Assembly: GCA_000934665.2 (NCBI GenBank)
Contig: JYFJ02004121.1
Span: 1 to 34,590, forward strand
Origin: Catajapyx aquilonaris
Taxonomy: Eukaryota
Direction: 5' to 3'
Length of the DNA: 34,590 nucleotides
Both the position numbers and the translations under genes were made by a program. Each line of letters opens with the position of its first letter. Position 1 is the first letter of the stretch. This document shows, one piece after another, positions 32,851 through 34,590 of the stretch. Under the pieces are notes generated by a model that was given only the letters and a program-made list of their open reading frames with translations, ran no database searches and was not told the origin of the DNA.

Positions 32851-33777
32851 CCCGATTTCATTAAAATTCGGGGCATTTGTAGCCCACCCCATGGGGTGAA
32901 AAACGCACCTGAAGTGACCAGCTCAAAATGACCATGTGACCACATTTTGAGGGATACAGGGGTCAACTCGTACAATTCCGAAAACTGCTTTTTGACGGTG
33001 TCTTAAAGTATACTAAATTTAATACGAAGTCATGAGCTGGTGCACCAGTACACTTTAAGATGTGACAAGGTTCGAATAATGTCTTTCAACACATCAAGGG
33101 TGATGGCATCACATCTCTCCAGCACCAGATGAGGAAATATCATGAAATGTTCAAAAATATCAGGCAGTTTATACGCAGAATGTACTGACAACCAAAACGA
33201 AAGGCATTGAGAGGTCTTTTTTTTTGGTAGGGTAACACTTCAGGATGGTGTGAAACCTGTCACAAGTTGTAAGCAACACATTTATCACAAAAGTCGATAA
33301 ATCCATATATCGTTTGCTTATGTTTGTTTTGATGAACAAATCGTTTGTTTCGGAATGGATCCTTTGTTTTAAAAGAAAACACTGGGTGCGGCTAACTTCA
33401 ATCAGCCCGACCAATTCACTAAGCTGGTTTATGTGCTTCCGCAGTACTTTGGGGAAAATATCTTGGTTGCCCTTCTGTGGGAGCAACATAAGATACCCTG
33501 CCCATACTCCTTTGATCGGGGAAGTGTTTCTATAGACGCATCGAACAGGGAACAGCATGTTAAAGTCGAAGCCCATTGTGTTGGCTGTGGGAAGAATACT
33601 TCACGAGCCAGTGCAGGGTGAGGGTGTTACTCTGGAGTGGCGAGCTGAAGACACAGTTCAGGCATCGGCAGCGGTATATCGTCGACTGCAGTCAAATGAT
33701 CTTATGAGTGACGGGGGCGTGCAGCCACCCCAGCTGTACACGGATGACCTCTTCATACTGAAAATTTTCTTAGTAAA

Positions 33778-33933
33778 TTATCCTCCCGGATATTTATTTT
33801 CTTTATAGCATCCTCTTCTTGTGGAATTCTTTTTCATTATCAATTTGAATTTTCCTGAGCTCTATATCATAGCATGGCGCTCGTTGCTCTCCTCTGTGGC
33901 CGCCTCCAGCAGCAACCTCCTCTCCTTCACCTG
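33778..33933 (-). repeat. Second copy of the Harbinger Myb-gene 3' coding end (cf. 12700-12856)
   Basis: TTATCCTCCCGGATAT.TATTTTCTTTATAGCATCCTCTTCTTGTGGAATTCTTTTTCATTATCAATTTGAAT... near-identical for about 90 bp, then more diverged. Confidence 0.9.
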
Positions 33934-34590
33934 TGTAACGCCAGATGGGGCTTACTGTGGAGTGTGGTGACGTTACTGAGATTCTGGTTCGGGTTCCCGC
34001 CCTATGGTCAAGGGGGAGGTGGGAACTCGTTGCTGCTGCCGGGTGGGGGAGACCAACTTGCGCCGGTCTAGGTCAATCCCCATGGGTTGGCGGGAGGTGA
34101 AGGAGGCTAGCTCATGCCAGCCGATTAGCCGCATGATCGTTCGGGCTTTGGAGATTGTGGGCGAGCGTGCCTCTGAAGGCGAGGTCACGTGGGTCGTATC
34201 CGATTCGTTGTCTGCTCTGCAGGCCATCAGCAATCCCCGCGCGTATGACGACACAGTACGATATGCTCAGGAGCTTCTAAGGCTGGCCCGGGACAGGGTG
34301 AGTTTGTGTTGGGTGCGGGGACACGCCGGGGTCGTTGGCAACGAGCGTGCGGACTTGGAGGCCCGATTGGCTGCGGCAGGGCAGGTGGGTGTGGAGCGGA
34401 TTCCAATCACGAGGAAGGGCGCCCAGCGGCGAGGTGTTGAGGAGGCCGAGCGTATGTGGCAACGGGACTGGGACCGGGTGGGGAAGGCCTGGGGTCGGGA
34501 GTTCTTCCCTTTGGTCAGCACGGACAGACACGTTCATGGGCACATGGCGCGATTTGTTTCTGGCCACGGCCCATTTAATGAGTATTTCGC
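33934..34590 (+). pseudogene. R1/LOA-group non-LTR RNase H region related to the 16716-23123 element (runs off window)
   Basis: Frame from 34082: VSDSLSALQAISNP...CWVRGHAGVVGNERADLEAR...WQRDWD, then after a frameshift RHVHGHMARFVSGHGPF (cf. RHIHGHVARLVSGHGPY in the large element). Confidence 0.85.

Overview
Eukaryotic DNA, probably arthropod (inferred from the element families and spliceosomal GT-AG introns). It is an almost gap-free mosaic of transposable-element remnants, with no recognisable ordinary host gene, rRNA, tRNA or CRISPR array. DNA-transposon pieces: piggyBac, two Sola1-type, Sola2-type, hAT, EnSpm/CACTA with SAMD3-like genes, Harbinger (Myb/SANT and MADF), Mutator-like, MULE and P-element. 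Retroelement pieces: RT and RNase H fragments, a Utopia/NeSL-like zinc-finger region and two LTR+PBS remnants. Four features stand out. (1) A 6.4-kb R1/LOA-group non-LTR element (16716-23123) keeps both ends and a perfect 13-bp target-site duplication but has lost its RT domain. (2) A 265-bp chimeric SINE (3401-3665, 12-bp TSD) has a folded RTE-like head and an I-group-like tail. (3) An 8-exon SAMD3-like frame of about 506 codons is open after splicing (8455-10666). (4) 18 of 19 recognisable TE coding fragments lie on the minus strand, the layout expected of a uni-strand piRNA-cluster-like locus, here rich in DNA transposons. Family assignments come from motifs recognised by eye, not from database searches.
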